Shown here piece by piece: positions 37,456-49,285 of a DNA stretch of 55,786 bases (its first letter is position 1; each line of letters begins with the position of its first letter). The DNA comes from Myxococcota bacterium (GTDB lineage Bacteria > Myxococcota_A > UBA796 > UBA2385). Below the pieces are notes generated by a model that was not told the DNA's origin, did not search any database, and worked only from the letters and a program-made list of their open reading frames with translations. The translations under genes were made by a program, and so were the position numbers. The stretch is from contig JBIJDH010000036.1 in the NCBI GenBank assembly GCA_044344255.1, positions 1 to 55,786 of the forward strand, in the 5' to 3' direction.

Positions 37456-38988
37456 TCAGTTGCAGTTCTTCGAGCCGTCCCAGGCGGCGGGCTCGTTGCT
37501 CTCCTCGACGAAGACCGCCTCCGGCCACCGCACGTAGCCGACCCGCCAGGCCTCGTTGTTGGTGAGCTCGACCTCGGCGGCGGACACCTCGCGGCCGTTG
37601 ATCCACACCTTGACGGTGGCGGTGGTGGTGTGGCCGCCCTTGTCGTGGAAGTAGTGCGCCCAGATCTCGTACTCGCCGTCGGCGGGGACGAGCAGGCGCG
37701 TGTCTTCGGGGCCGAAGCCCTCCTCGTTGTCGAGGGCGAGCTCGGGGTCGTCCTCGGAGACGCCAAGCTCTCCCCAATCGGGGCCGTCGTTACACCAGCA
37801 GACGTCCTCGGGGGAGTCGTACATGCTCGCCCCGGCTTGGACCATGTGGAGGTCGAGGTCGCTGTCGTCGGTGTCCCAGGAGAGCTCGACGTGGATCGCG
37901 GCCTCGGGGATGGCGTCGAACTCGCAGCGGGCGGGGGCCGAGCGGACCCCGACGTCATTGACCACGACGAGATCGACCTCCCAGTCACCGGCGAGGTCGA
38001 CCACCATCGAGGTGATGTCGGCCGAGGCGCTGGCGACGGAGCTCGAGCTGCCGTCGGGGGCCTCGGCGATGCTCCACTCGTAGGCGACGATGGTGCCGCC
38101 GGCCGGATCGTAGGAGGCGGTGCCGTCGAGGGGGAGGGTCACCGGCGGGTTGACGCTGTCCGGGCAGTTGATGACGGCGATCGGATAGACCTCCTCGCCG
38201 CCGCCGTTGCCGATCAGACTGACGTCGACCACCGCCTCATCGGGGTCATTCGAGGCGATGCTGAAGCCCCCGCTCGTGCCGGTCACCCCGGGGGTGTAGG
38301 TGACGATCACGGTGGTCTCGGAGCCCGGCGTGATGACGGTGTCGGCGGCGGGGAGGTTGGGCGAGGCGAAGTCTCCCGAGCCCGACTGATCGACCCCCTC
38401 GATGATGAGGTCGGCGTCGCCTGTGTTCTTGATCACGAACCAGTCGGTGACCGGCGCGGCGGTGACCCCGAAGTCGAGCGAGAGGGGCGTGACCTCGATG
38501 TCGGGCTCCGGCCCATCCACGCCCGCGCCGAAGAGCGGCACGGTGTAGGTGGGGGTCTCTTTGTCGTTGCTCTCGATCGTGAGCGTGCGGGGGAATTCCG
38601 CCACCACGCCCGGCGAGAACACGACCTCGAGGCCGAGCACCTCCTCGCGGAGGATGGTGCCCTCCGTGACGGAGAGGGCGTAGGCGCCGTCATCGTTATC
38701 CGAGACGGTGATGCTGCTCACCTCGAGGTCGGCCCGGCCGGTGTTCAGCACCTGCAGGACGAGCGGCTCGTTGAAGGGCAGCACCACCTCGCCGAAGTCA
38801 AGCTCGGCCGGCGCCACGCCGATCACGGGCGTGAGCGCCGCCACCTCTTGATCGGGGCCCTGGCAGCCGAAGAGCGCGAGGAGCAGCAAGGGGGCCAGGG
38901 GGGAAGCCAGGGGGGAAGCCAGGGGGGAAGCCAGGGGGGAAGCCAGGGGGGCCAGGGGAGCGGCGCTGCGATGGACGGGCAGGTTCAC
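37456..38988 (-). CDS. Lipoprotein: two choice-of-anchor-D/ASH Ig domains + PKD + YfaP-like C-terminal domain
   Basis: LDFG...NTG.ADL...SND twice, LDGTASYDP, ELSWD...DLDLH...GFGPE. Confidence 0.8.
   Translation of the reverse strand: MNLPVHRSAAPLAPLASPLASPLASPLASPLAPLLLLALFGCQGPDQEVAALTPVIGVAPAELDFGEVVLPFNEPLVLQVLNTGRADLEVSSITVSDNDDGAYALSVTEGTILREEVLGLEVVFSPGVVAEFPRTLTIESNDKETPTYTVPLFGAGVDGPEPDIEVTPLSLDFGVTAAPVTDWFVIKNTGDADLIIEGVDQSGSGDFASPNLPAADTVITPGSETTVIVTYTPGVTGTSGGFSIASNDPDEAVVDVSLIGNGGGEEVYPIAVINCPDSVNPPVTLPLDGTASYDPAGGTIVAYEWSIAEAPDGSSSSVASASADITSMVVDLAGDWEVDLVVVNDVGVRSAPARCEFDAIPEAAIHVELSWDTDDSDLDLHMVQAGASMYDSPEDVCWCNDGPDWGELGVSEDDPELALDNEEGFGPEDTRLLVPADGEYEIWAHYFHDKGGHTTTATVKVWINGREVSAAEVELTNNEAWRVGYVRWPEAVFVEESNEPAAWDGSKNCN
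38891..38958 (-). repeat. 12-bp coding VNTR (PLAS)n ahead of the signal peptide
   Basis: AGCCAGGGGGGA-type units, about four copies. Confidence 0.8.
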
Positions 38989-39049
38989 GGTGGTGTCCTC
39001 GGGGGCGCGTCTCTCACGCACAGGAGCGTCAATCACAGGTGCTTCTGCT

Positions 39050-40603
39050 TCAATCACAATTGCTCCCGCCCGTGTACTTCGAGGGCTCATTGTCTTCTTT
39101 CACGTAGGTGCCCTCGGGCCAGGCGATGTAGCCGGCGTTCCAGGCCTCCCCGGCCTTGAGGGTGGCGCTCGTGGTGTCGACGTTGACGCCGTCGATCCAG
39201 ATCTTGAGGGTCGCCGTGGCGGTGCCGCCGCCGAGGTCGGCGAAGTAGTGCACCCACGTCTCGTAGTCGCCGGTGTAGGGCGTGTGGATGCGGGTGTCTT
39301 CGGGGCCGCGGCCGTAGCGGTCGTCGAGGGCGAGCTCGGGGTCATCGGCGGTGCCGGGGTCACCCCACTCGGGCTGGCGGTTGCACCAGCAGCAGTCCTC
39401 CGGGCTGTCGAAGAGGTCTGCCCCGTACTGCACGAGGTGGAGGTCAAGGTCAGAGTCGCCGATGTCCCAGGTGAGCTCGACGTGGATCGCCGCCTCGGGG
39501 ATGGCGTTGAATGTGCACTCGGCGGGCACCGAGACGACACCCTTCTCGTTCGTGACGGTGAGGCCGACCGTCCAGTTGCCGGCGAGGTCGGTGTCGAGGG
39601 CGGTGTAGGAGGTGAAGGGGTCGAGGATCTCGCCGGTGCTGCCGGACGGCGTGGAGATGATGCTCCACTCGTAGTCCGTGATGATGCCGCCGTCGGGATC
39701 GTAGGAGGCCGTGCCGTCCAGGACCACCGAAGTGGGAGGGTCTACCGACTCGGGGCAGTCGATCACGGCGACCGGGTACTCGAAGTCACCGCCGCCGTTG
39801 CCGATCAGCAGCACCTCGGTGTCGGCCTCGTCGGGGTCATTCGAGTGGATGAGGATGCTGCCGTTGTCGCCCTCGGCGTCGGGCGTGTAGGTGACGAGCA
39901 CCGTGGTCTCGGCGCCGGGGGCGATGCTGTCCCCCGCGCCCGGGAGGTTGGGCGAGACGAAGGCAGCGGAGCCCGTCTGGGTGACGGAGTCAATGACGAG
40001 CTCGCCGTCGCCCTCGTTGCTGAGCGTGAACCAGAGGGTGGTGGGCTCACCGACGATGCCGAAGTCAATCGCCGTCAGGTCGACCTCGATGTCGGGCACC
40101 GGGCCGTCCACCCCGGAGCCAGAGAGGGGCACCTCGATGAGGGGCGACTCGGGGTCGTTGCTCTCGATGAGCAGGGTGCCCGTGTAGTCGAGGTAGTTCG
40201 ACGGCGTGAAGCCGATGCCGACGCCGATCTCCTCGGAGGCCTCGATGATGCCCGGCGTGGCGGTGAGGCTGAAGACCCCGCCGCCGTCATCGGAGAGGGT
40301 GATGGCCGAGACGTCGAGCGGAGCCCGCCCGGCGTTGAGGATCTGCACCGTGGTGGAGTCCTCGTAGAGGTAGACGATGTCGCCGAAGATGACCTCGGCG
40401 GGGTTGACGACGATGCCGGGCTGGAGGGCCGTGATGTTGTTCTCCACGCCCGAGCCGCCCTTGTCCGAGCAGCCCACCACGAGGCCGGCGAGGCCCACCC
40501 ACACCGCCGCGCTCACGCGGGAGAAGCCAACACTGCATGGGCCAACACTGCATGGGCCAACACTGCATGGGCCAACACTGGACAAGCCGCGGCAATCTGA
40601 CAT
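39050..40603 (-). CDS. Tandem paralog of 37456-38988 with the same architecture
   Basis: Shared GVDGP.PDIEV, YP.AVI.CP.SV.PP and AIPEAAIHVEL.WD; GAGGAGG SD. Confidence 0.82.
   Translation of the reverse strand: MSDCRGLSSVGPCSVGPCSVGPCSVGFSRVSAAVWVGLAGLVVGCSDKGGSGVENNITALQPGIVVNPAEVIFGDIVYLYEDSTTVQILNAGRAPLDVSAITLSDDGGGVFSLTATPGIIEASEEIGVGIGFTPSNYLDYTGTLLIESNDPESPLIEVPLSGSGVDGPVPDIEVDLTAIDFGIVGEPTTLWFTLSNEGDGELVIDSVTQTGSAAFVSPNLPGAGDSIAPGAETTVLVTYTPDAEGDNGSILIHSNDPDEADTEVLLIGNGGGDFEYPVAVIDCPESVDPPTSVVLDGTASYDPDGGIITDYEWSIISTPSGSTGEILDPFTSYTALDTDLAGNWTVGLTVTNEKGVVSVPAECTFNAIPEAAIHVELTWDIGDSDLDLHLVQYGADLFDSPEDCCWCNRQPEWGDPGTADDPELALDDRYGRGPEDTRIHTPYTGDYETWVHYFADLGGGTATATLKIWIDGVNVDTTSATLKAGEAWNAGYIAWPEGTYVKEDNEPSKYTGGSNCD
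40526..40580. repeat. Perfect 15-bp tandem repeat (3.7 copies)
   Basis: GCCAACACTGCATGG at 40526, 40541 and 40556, partial at 40571. Confidence 0.9.
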
Positions 40604-40703
40604 ACTCGCCTCCTCTGGGAACACCCCCTCATCTTATTGCCGGCGGCGGGTTCCGTCGACAGCCGTTAAGCTCAAGGCTGTCACCGTCGGCCCCCGGAGC
40701 AGC

Positions 40704-41723
40704 ATGACGCCGCGCATCTTCATCCTCGTCGCGCTGATGTTCAAGAGCTGCTACGCCTGCTTGACCATCTCCCCGCCCGGCGCCTCCACCCCGAGCCCGC
40801 CCGACACGGCGACGAACGACACCGGCGAAGACACCGACGAGCCCGAGGACACCGGCGACACCGGCGGCGAGATCCCCGAGCCCTTCTGCCAGCAGAACGA
40901 GGTGGAGCCGAACAACTCGGAGGGCGCGGCCCAGCTCATCGTGCCCGAGAGCTGGATGTGCGGCGAGATCGGCGAGGACAACGACAACGACTACTTCGAG
41001 TTCAGCTACAACGACTCCGGTTGGGTGGGGATCGACGTCGTCGCCGCCGAGATCGGCTCCTTCGCAGACCTCTCGCTCTCCTTCTACGACGAAGACAACG
41101 ACTACACCGCCTTCAGCCAGATGCAGATGGGCAGCACCGACCCCATGTTCCTCGCCCCCGTGCCCGAGGGCCTCGACTGGTACATCAAGCTGAACGACCA
41201 GGAGGGCGCCTGGGGCGAGCACAACCAGTGGCAGATGCTCATCTACGCCGCCAAGGCGCCGGTCACCTGGGACACCGAGGAGATCGAGCCCAACAACCGC
41301 ATCGACGCTGGGCAGACCGTCGAGATCGGCCAGAGCCTGTTCGGCCTGATGGGAGGCGAGACGGGCGACGCCACGATCAACGACACGAGCGACTGGTACT
41401 ACATCAACGTGCCCGCGGGCTCGGTGGGCCGCCTCGTCGTGTCGATGGACGGCTGGAAGTTCGGCTCCCCGATGGACACCGACCTCCACCTCTACTCCCC
41501 CACGAAGATGGCCTCGATCATCAGCGGGGTGGACGCCACGGCCTCCAAGAAGGCCTACGTCGGCGACAACCGCTACGACCTCGACCCCATCCTCAGCTAC
41601 ACCTTCTCCGAGACCACCGAGACGGGCGTGTGGGCCCTCCGCGTGCTCTCCGCCGGTCCCGACGCCACGCCCTTCGGCTGGTACGTGATGACGGTCAACT
41701 TCGAGGCGGACAGCGCCGAGTAG
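40704..41723 (+). CDS. Exported protein with two PPC-like domains
   Basis: EVEPNN...D.DYFEF and EIEPNN...DWYYI. Confidence 0.75.
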   Translation: MTPRIFILVALMFKSCYACLTISPPGASTPSPPDTATNDTGEDTDEPEDTGDTGGEIPEPFCQQNEVEPNNSEGAAQLIVPESWMCGEIGEDNDNDYFEFSYNDSGWVGIDVVAAEIGSFADLSLSFYDEDNDYTAFSQMQMGSTDPMFLAPVPEGLDWYIKLNDQEGAWGEHNQWQMLIYAAKAPVTWDTEEIEPNNRIDAGQTVEIGQSLFGLMGGETGDATINDTSDWYYINVPAGSVGRLVVSMDGWKFGSPMDTDLHLYSPTKMASIISGVDATASKKAYVGDNRYDLDPILSYTFSETTETGVWALRVLSAGPDATPFGWYVMTVNFEADSAE

Positions 41724-41852
41724 GGCCCCTCCGCTCCCGAGCGGTCGGATGCCGCACCGCCGAGTACGGCCGTCGGTGAAGTGAGGGGCGCCTCCAGGCG
41801 TCGTCGGGTAGACTGCGCCCTGGACGGAACGTCGAGAGACGATGGAGGCCCT

Positions 41853-42914
41853 ATGATCACTCGCGCGTGGACCGGCAGGTCCGGACTCTTCCTCGCCCTG
41901 GCCCTCGGGGCCGTCGGCTGCAACAAGGACAAAAAGGAGAGCATCCCGGGCAAGCACAACGACGACACCGGCCAGCCGACCGACTCCGGCGGCAGCGACG
42001 GCGCCGACGGCGGCGATGACACCGCACCCCCGCCCTGCACCGCCTTCTTCCTCGAGAGCACCCCCGCTGACGGCGACGACGACGTCTACTTCCGCGACCA
42101 CGCGCTGCTGCGCTTTGACGGCTCCGACATCGACGCCCAGGTCGATGTCACCGCCGTAGACGCCACCGGGGCAGACCTCACGATCGCCGTCGAGTTTGAC
42201 GAGTCCGGCCTCAACGCCACCGTCCTCGCCCCCACCGACTGGCCCGCCGCGCAGGTCATCACGCTCAACGTGTCGGTCTGCGGCGAGGTCACCCCGGTCA
42301 GCTTCGAGACGAGCGAGTACGGCGCACCCCTCACCGGCGACGTCACCGACCTCATCGGGCGCACCTTCTTCATTGACCTCGGCGACGCCGAGTACGCCAA
42401 GCCGGCGGGCCTCGGCCCCCTCATCGCCACCTACCTGTCGCAGCCCCTGCTCGTGGGCGTCGAAGACGTGAGCGACGAGACCATCGAGCTCATGGGCGCC
42501 CTCGGCTACATTGACAGCTTCACGGGCGAGCTCTACCAGGACACGAGCGCCCCCTCCTTTGACTTTGGCGTCGCCGACTTCCGCGGCAACCCCTACTTCT
42601 CGGCCTCCACCGACTCGCTGGTCATCCTCTACGAGGGCGTCTCGGTCGACATCTTCGAGTTCCACATCGAGGGCACCTTCGATCCGGCGATGGAGTCGAT
42701 CGGCGGCGGCATCGCCTCGGGGCTGGTCGACACCCGCAACGTCGGCGAGCTGATGGGCGTGGGCTCCGACCCCGACGCCGCCTGCACCCTCGCCGAGAGC
42801 TTCGGCATCGACTGCGTGGACTGCCCGGACGGCAACCCCTGGTGCCTGGAGATCGAGGGCTACCTCGACCCCGCGCCCCTCATCCCCGGGATGGAGCTCG
42901 TCCCCGTGCTCTGA
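41853..42914 (+). CDS. Acidic lipoprotein with Ig-like domain
   Basis: GGAGG SD, AVGC lipobox, STPADGDDDV...LRFD (Big_5-like). Confidence 0.75.
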   Translation: MITRAWTGRSGLFLALALGAVGCNKDKKESIPGKHNDDTGQPTDSGGSDGADGGDDTAPPPCTAFFLESTPADGDDDVYFRDHALLRFDGSDIDAQVDVTAVDATGADLTIAVEFDESGLNATVLAPTDWPAAQVITLNVSVCGEVTPVSFETSEYGAPLTGDVTDLIGRTFFIDLGDAEYAKPAGLGPLIATYLSQPLLVGVEDVSDETIELMGALGYIDSFTGELYQDTSAPSFDFGVADFRGNPYFSASTDSLVILYEGVSVDIFEFHIEGTFDPAMESIGGGIASGLVDTRNVGELMGVGSDPDAACTLAESFGIDCVDCPDGNPWCLEIEGYLDPAPLIPGMELVPVL

Positions 42915-42979
42915 CACGAGGGATGGGAGGGCCTCGACCGGCTTAGGGTCGCGTTAGGGCCGGCTGCTGGAGGTGTCCC

Positions 42980-43822
42980 CTGTCCGCGATCATCCCCATC
43001 GCCCTGCAGGCCGGCGCCGTCGCCCTCTGCCTCCTCGTCGGCCACCTTCACCCCCGGGTGAAGGGGCGGCCGCTGCTGCACAAGGAGCTGTTCCTCAACG
43101 TGGCGAACGGGGGGCTCCTCTTCGTCGCGCTGCGGCTCACGCTCGTGCGCTGGGTGGAGGGGGCCACCGCCTTCCACCTCCTGCCCACCCCCTGGCTCTC
43201 GGCGGGCTGGTCACAGGCGCTGTTCAGCTTCGTGGTGCTCGACTTGATGCGCTACTGGCTGCACTTCGCCCACCACCGCGTGCCCTTCTTGTGGAGCTTC
43301 CACCGCGTCCACCACTCGGCCGAGTTCATCGACTCGACGAGCGGCCTCCGGATGCACGCGATGGACTTCGTGCAGCTCTCGGCGCTGCCGATCCTCCTCT
43401 TCGGCGTGGTGCTCGACACCACCGCCTGGGCCCCCTGGGTGGTGCCCTCCGTGCTCGTCATCGGCGCCTTGATGGACGCCTTCGAGCACGCCAACATCGC
43501 GATGGACATGACGAAGCCCTGGAACAAGGCGTGGAACCTGGTCTTCAACAACCCGCACTTTCACTCCTGGCACCACACCATCGACGGCCATGTGCTAGAC
43601 GGGAACTACGGCAACTCGCTCACGATCTGGGACCGCCTCTTCGGCACCGACGTGAGCCGCCAGCGACCGCCGGGGCTCTATGGCCTCGCCCCCTGGAAGC
43701 AGCTCCAGACCTCGATCATCGGCTGGCAGCTCCTCCGGCGGGTGAACCCCGACCTCCCCTATGCGGACCGCCCCGAGCTCTTTGACGCCGTCTCCTCTGA
43801 CCCCTCTTGGAACGGCCGGTGA
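42980..43822 (+). CDS. Sterol desaturase/fatty acid hydroxylase family protein
   Basis: His boxes YWLHFAHH, HRVHHS, HAN and HSWHH, plus NYG. Start is CTG 42980 (after GGAGGT) or GTG 43058. Confidence 0.9.
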   Translation: MSAIIPIALQAGAVALCLLVGHLHPRVKGRPLLHKELFLNVANGGLLFVALRLTLVRWVEGATAFHLLPTPWLSAGWSQALFSFVVLDLMRYWLHFAHHRVPFLWSFHRVHHSAEFIDSTSGLRMHAMDFVQLSALPILLFGVVLDTTAWAPWVVPSVLVIGALMDAFEHANIAMDMTKPWNKAWNLVFNNPHFHSWHHTIDGHVLDGNYGNSLTIWDRLFGTDVSRQRPPGLYGLAPWKQLQTSIIGWQLLRRVNPDLPYADRPELFDAVSSDPSWNGR

Positions 43823-44826
43823 AGCTCAAGATCGGGATCATCCTCCTCATCACCGGCCTCTGCATGGCGGTGGCCCTGTGGGGGCTCGACGTCGACGAAG
43901 CCCTCTCGGCCCTCCAGGCCGCCCGCTGGACCTTGCTCATCCCCATGTTCGGCCTCTACGGGGTGGCACACTCGCTGCGGGCCTGGCGGCTCGGGCTGCT
44001 GGTCGGCCAGCCGGTGCCCTACCGGCGGCTCTTCGCGATCAACACGATCGGCTTCCTCGCCATCAACGTGATCCCACTGCGCCTCGGCGAGATGGTGCGC
44101 CCCTACATGCTCTCCGAGCGAGAGGGTGTGCCCTTCGCCCGCGGCATCGCCGCCATCCTCATGGAGCGCCTGCTCGACATGATGATGCTGCTGGTGATGC
44201 TGGTCGGCCTCACCTTCCTCGTCGAGCTCCCCGCCGAGGGCATCGTGGTGAAGGGCATCGACGTGGTGTCGACGGGGCAGCGGCTCGCGGCGGTCTTTGT
44301 CGCCCTCGGCCTCCTCGGCGGCGGCGGCATGGTGCTCATCGGCGAGCCGGCCATCCGCCTGATTGAGCGGCTGCCGCTGGGCGGCAAGGTGGCGCCCTTC
44401 GCCCGCCGCTTCCGGGAGGCCTTCCTCGACCTCGCGCGGAACCCCGCCCGCGCCCTCGGCCTGCTCGGGCTCTCCGCCCTCATCTGGGCGGTGACGGTGG
44501 CCGCCGTCGGCACCGTGATGGCCGCCTTCCCCGGCCTGCCCACCTCGATCGGCGCCGCCTGGAGCACCTGGGCCATCACCATCTCCGGCATGACCGCCGT
44601 GCCCACCCCTGGCTTCTTCGGCGCCTACGAGCTCTTCTGCACCGCGGCGCTCTGGCTGTGGGGCGTGGACGGCGACCTCGCCCGCACCTTCGCGATCGTG
44701 CTCCACCTCGGCCAGCTCGGCTTCATCGTGGTGGTGGGCGGAATCATGCTGGTGCTCGAGGGGCTCTCCCTGCAAGACCTCGTTCGCAGCGCCGGGCCCG
44801 CCGCCCCCGAGTCGCCGACGGCCTGA
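43819..44826 (+). CDS. Lysylphosphatidylglycerol synthase TM-domain (flippase-like) protein
   Basis: LRAWR, N.IPLRLGEMVR, ERLLD and PTPGFFGAYE; GTGA overlap with the upstream gene. Confidence 0.88.
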   Translation: MKLKIGIILLITGLCMAVALWGLDVDEALSALQAARWTLLIPMFGLYGVAHSLRAWRLGLLVGQPVPYRRLFAINTIGFLAINVIPLRLGEMVRPYMLSEREGVPFARGIAAILMERLLDMMMLLVMLVGLTFLVELPAEGIVVKGIDVVSTGQRLAAVFVALGLLGGGGMVLIGEPAIRLIERLPLGGKVAPFARRFREAFLDLARNPARALGLLGLSALIWAVTVAAVGTVMAAFPGLPTSIGAAWSTWAITISGMTAVPTPGFFGAYELFCTAALWLWGVDGDLARTFAIVLHLGQLGFIVVVGGIMLVLEGLSLQDLVRSAGPAAPESPTA

Positions 44827-44864
44827 GAACCGGGTATCCCTGCCCGTTCTCACCCGGAGGCCCC

Positions 44865-45545
44865 TTGACCCACCCGACCGCGCCCTACCGAACCCGCCTG
44901 CTCCGCCTCGGCCTGACCCTCGGCCTCTTGCTCGGCGCCGCCTCGGCCAGCGCCGCCCCCGAGTGGGAAGACCTCGGCACCCGCAACGGGATCCACAGCT
45001 TCCGCAAGTCGGAGGCCGGCTCCTCGCTCTTCTCCTTTCGCGGAGAGGGCTGGGTGAACGCGCCGATCGCCGTGTTGACCTCGCTCATCGTCGACCCCAA
45101 GTACGGGCCCGAGTGGGTCGACCTGATGGTCAAGAACGAGCTCGCGCGCACCGTCGATCCGAACACCGTGGTCATGTACCAGAGCTACGACATGCCCTGG
45201 CCGGTCGAAGACCGCGACTTCGTGCTCAAGCAGGCCGCCGCTTACGACCCCGAGAAGAAGGTGGTGACCGTGCGCTTCGAGTCCACCACCGAGGGCTCGA
45301 AGCCCGAGGACGCCTGCTGCGTGCGCGGCCAGGTGGTGCGCACCTACTGGCGCCTCTCCGTCGACCCGCGTGACCCCAACCGCACCTGGGTGGAGGGCGA
45401 GGTGGCCGTCAACCCCAAGGGCTCGCTCCCGGACTGGCTGATCAACCTGATCCAGAAGAGCTGGCCCTACAACTCGATCGACGGCCTCCGCAAGCGCACC
45501 GCCAAGGGCGGCATCAGCCCTGCGCCGCAGGTCGCCGGCTGGTAG
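44865..45545 (+). CDS. Secreted START-domain lipid-binding protein
   Basis: GGAGG before TTG, signal peptide, MPWPVEDRDFV and NPKGSLPDWLIN. Confidence 0.88.
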   Translation: MTHPTAPYRTRLLRLGLTLGLLLGAASASAAPEWEDLGTRNGIHSFRKSEAGSSLFSFRGEGWVNAPIAVLTSLIVDPKYGPEWVDLMVKNELARTVDPNTVVMYQSYDMPWPVEDRDFVLKQAAAYDPEKKVVTVRFESTTEGSKPEDACCVRGQVVRTYWRLSVDPRDPNRTWVEGEVAVNPKGSLPDWLINLIQKSWPYNSIDGLRKRTAKGGISPAPQVAGW

Positions 45546-45561
45546 AGGCGGGCCCCCTTTG

Positions 45562-45577
45562 GAGGAGGCCCCTCCTC
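45562..45577. terminator. Short hairpin between convergent genes
   Basis: GAGGAGG-CC-CCTCCTC; no U tract. Confidence 0.35.
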
Positions 45578-45587
45578 ACCGCCCTGC

Positions 45588-48263
<2,676 letters not shown>

Positions 48264-48377
48264 GGCGGGCTCCTGAGGTCGGGGGCCCTCTCTAACGCCG
48301 CCCCCTCTCCGAGGCCCGGCCGGTGAGACAGCCGCCCTGCGCTCCGTCGGTTAGCAAGGCGACCCACTGAGGTCCGC

Positions 48378-49280
48378 ATGGTCCGATCTGAGCCCGACGT
48401 CTGCGTGATCACCGAGGTCTGCGGCGCTGAAGCGGACCCCGGCCGCAGCCCGAGCCTGCTGATCGAGATCCCCCACGGCGCCACCCGCGTGGCCCACTTC
48501 GAGGCCCTGCGCGGCCGCCTCCAGGGCGCGCTGCCGCCCGACCTCGTGGACTTCTTCTGCGTGAACACCGACGCCGGAGCGCCCGAGCTGGCCCGGGCGC
48601 TCTGTCGACGGCTGGTCATCGCGGAGCCGCAGCGGAGCGCGCTCATCGTCGAGAGCCGCATCCCGCGCACCTTCATCGACTGCAACCGCGTGATCGCGCC
48701 GGGGCTCGACTACAAGGCCGGCGGTGTGTCCGCGGGGGTCCAGCCCTACATCGAAGACGAGGCGGACCTCGCGCTCCTCTCTGATCTGCACCGCGCCTAC
48801 CAATCCGCCGCCGCCGCCGCCGTGCACGAGGTCGCCTCCGCGGGCGGCGCCCTCCTGCTGCTGCACACCTACGCCCCCATCTCCGTCGACGTCAGCGTGA
48901 GCCCAAAAATCGCCCAGGATATGCGCTGGGCTTGGTCGGACGCGGTCCGACCGCGCTGGCCGCTGCGACCGGAGCTCGAGATCATCGGCCGCACCGTCGA
49001 GGGGGAGGACTGGAGCCCCCCTGCCGCGGTCGCCGCCTTGCGCGCCGCCGCCGCCCAGGCCGGCTTCGGGGTGGGCGACGGCCGGACCTACCCGCTGCAC
49101 CCGGTCACCACGGGCTACCACCACATGTTGCGCTTCCCCGGCCGGGCGCTCTGCCTCGAGGTCCGCCGCGACCTCCTCGCCGACCCCTTCGAGCCCTTCT
49201 CCGAGATGACGGTGGACGCGGCGCGCATCGAGCGGGTCGTCGGCCCCCTGCTCCACGCGACCCTCGCGCTCTTGTCGTAG
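48378..49280 (+). CDS. N-formylglutamate amidohydrolase-family protein
   Basis: EIPHG, TDAGA, RTFIDCNR, LHTY and LEVRRDLL. Confidence 0.75.
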   Translation: MVRSEPDVCVITEVCGAEADPGRSPSLLIEIPHGATRVAHFEALRGRLQGALPPDLVDFFCVNTDAGAPELARALCRRLVIAEPQRSALIVESRIPRTFIDCNRVIAPGLDYKAGGVSAGVQPYIEDEADLALLSDLHRAYQSAAAAAVHEVASAGGALLLLHTYAPISVDVSVSPKIAQDMRWAWSDAVRPRWPLRPELEIIGRTVEGEDWSPPAAVAALRAAAAQAGFGVGDGRTYPLHPVTTGYHHMLRFPGRALCLEVRRDLLADPFEPFSEMTVDAARIERVVGPLLHATLALLS

Positions 49281-49285
49281 GCCGG

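Noticed and set aside
40526..40580. Short direct repeats as a CRISPR array (also 1264-1311 and 26699-26881)
   Set aside because: The units are contiguous with no spacers, and no cas genes are present.
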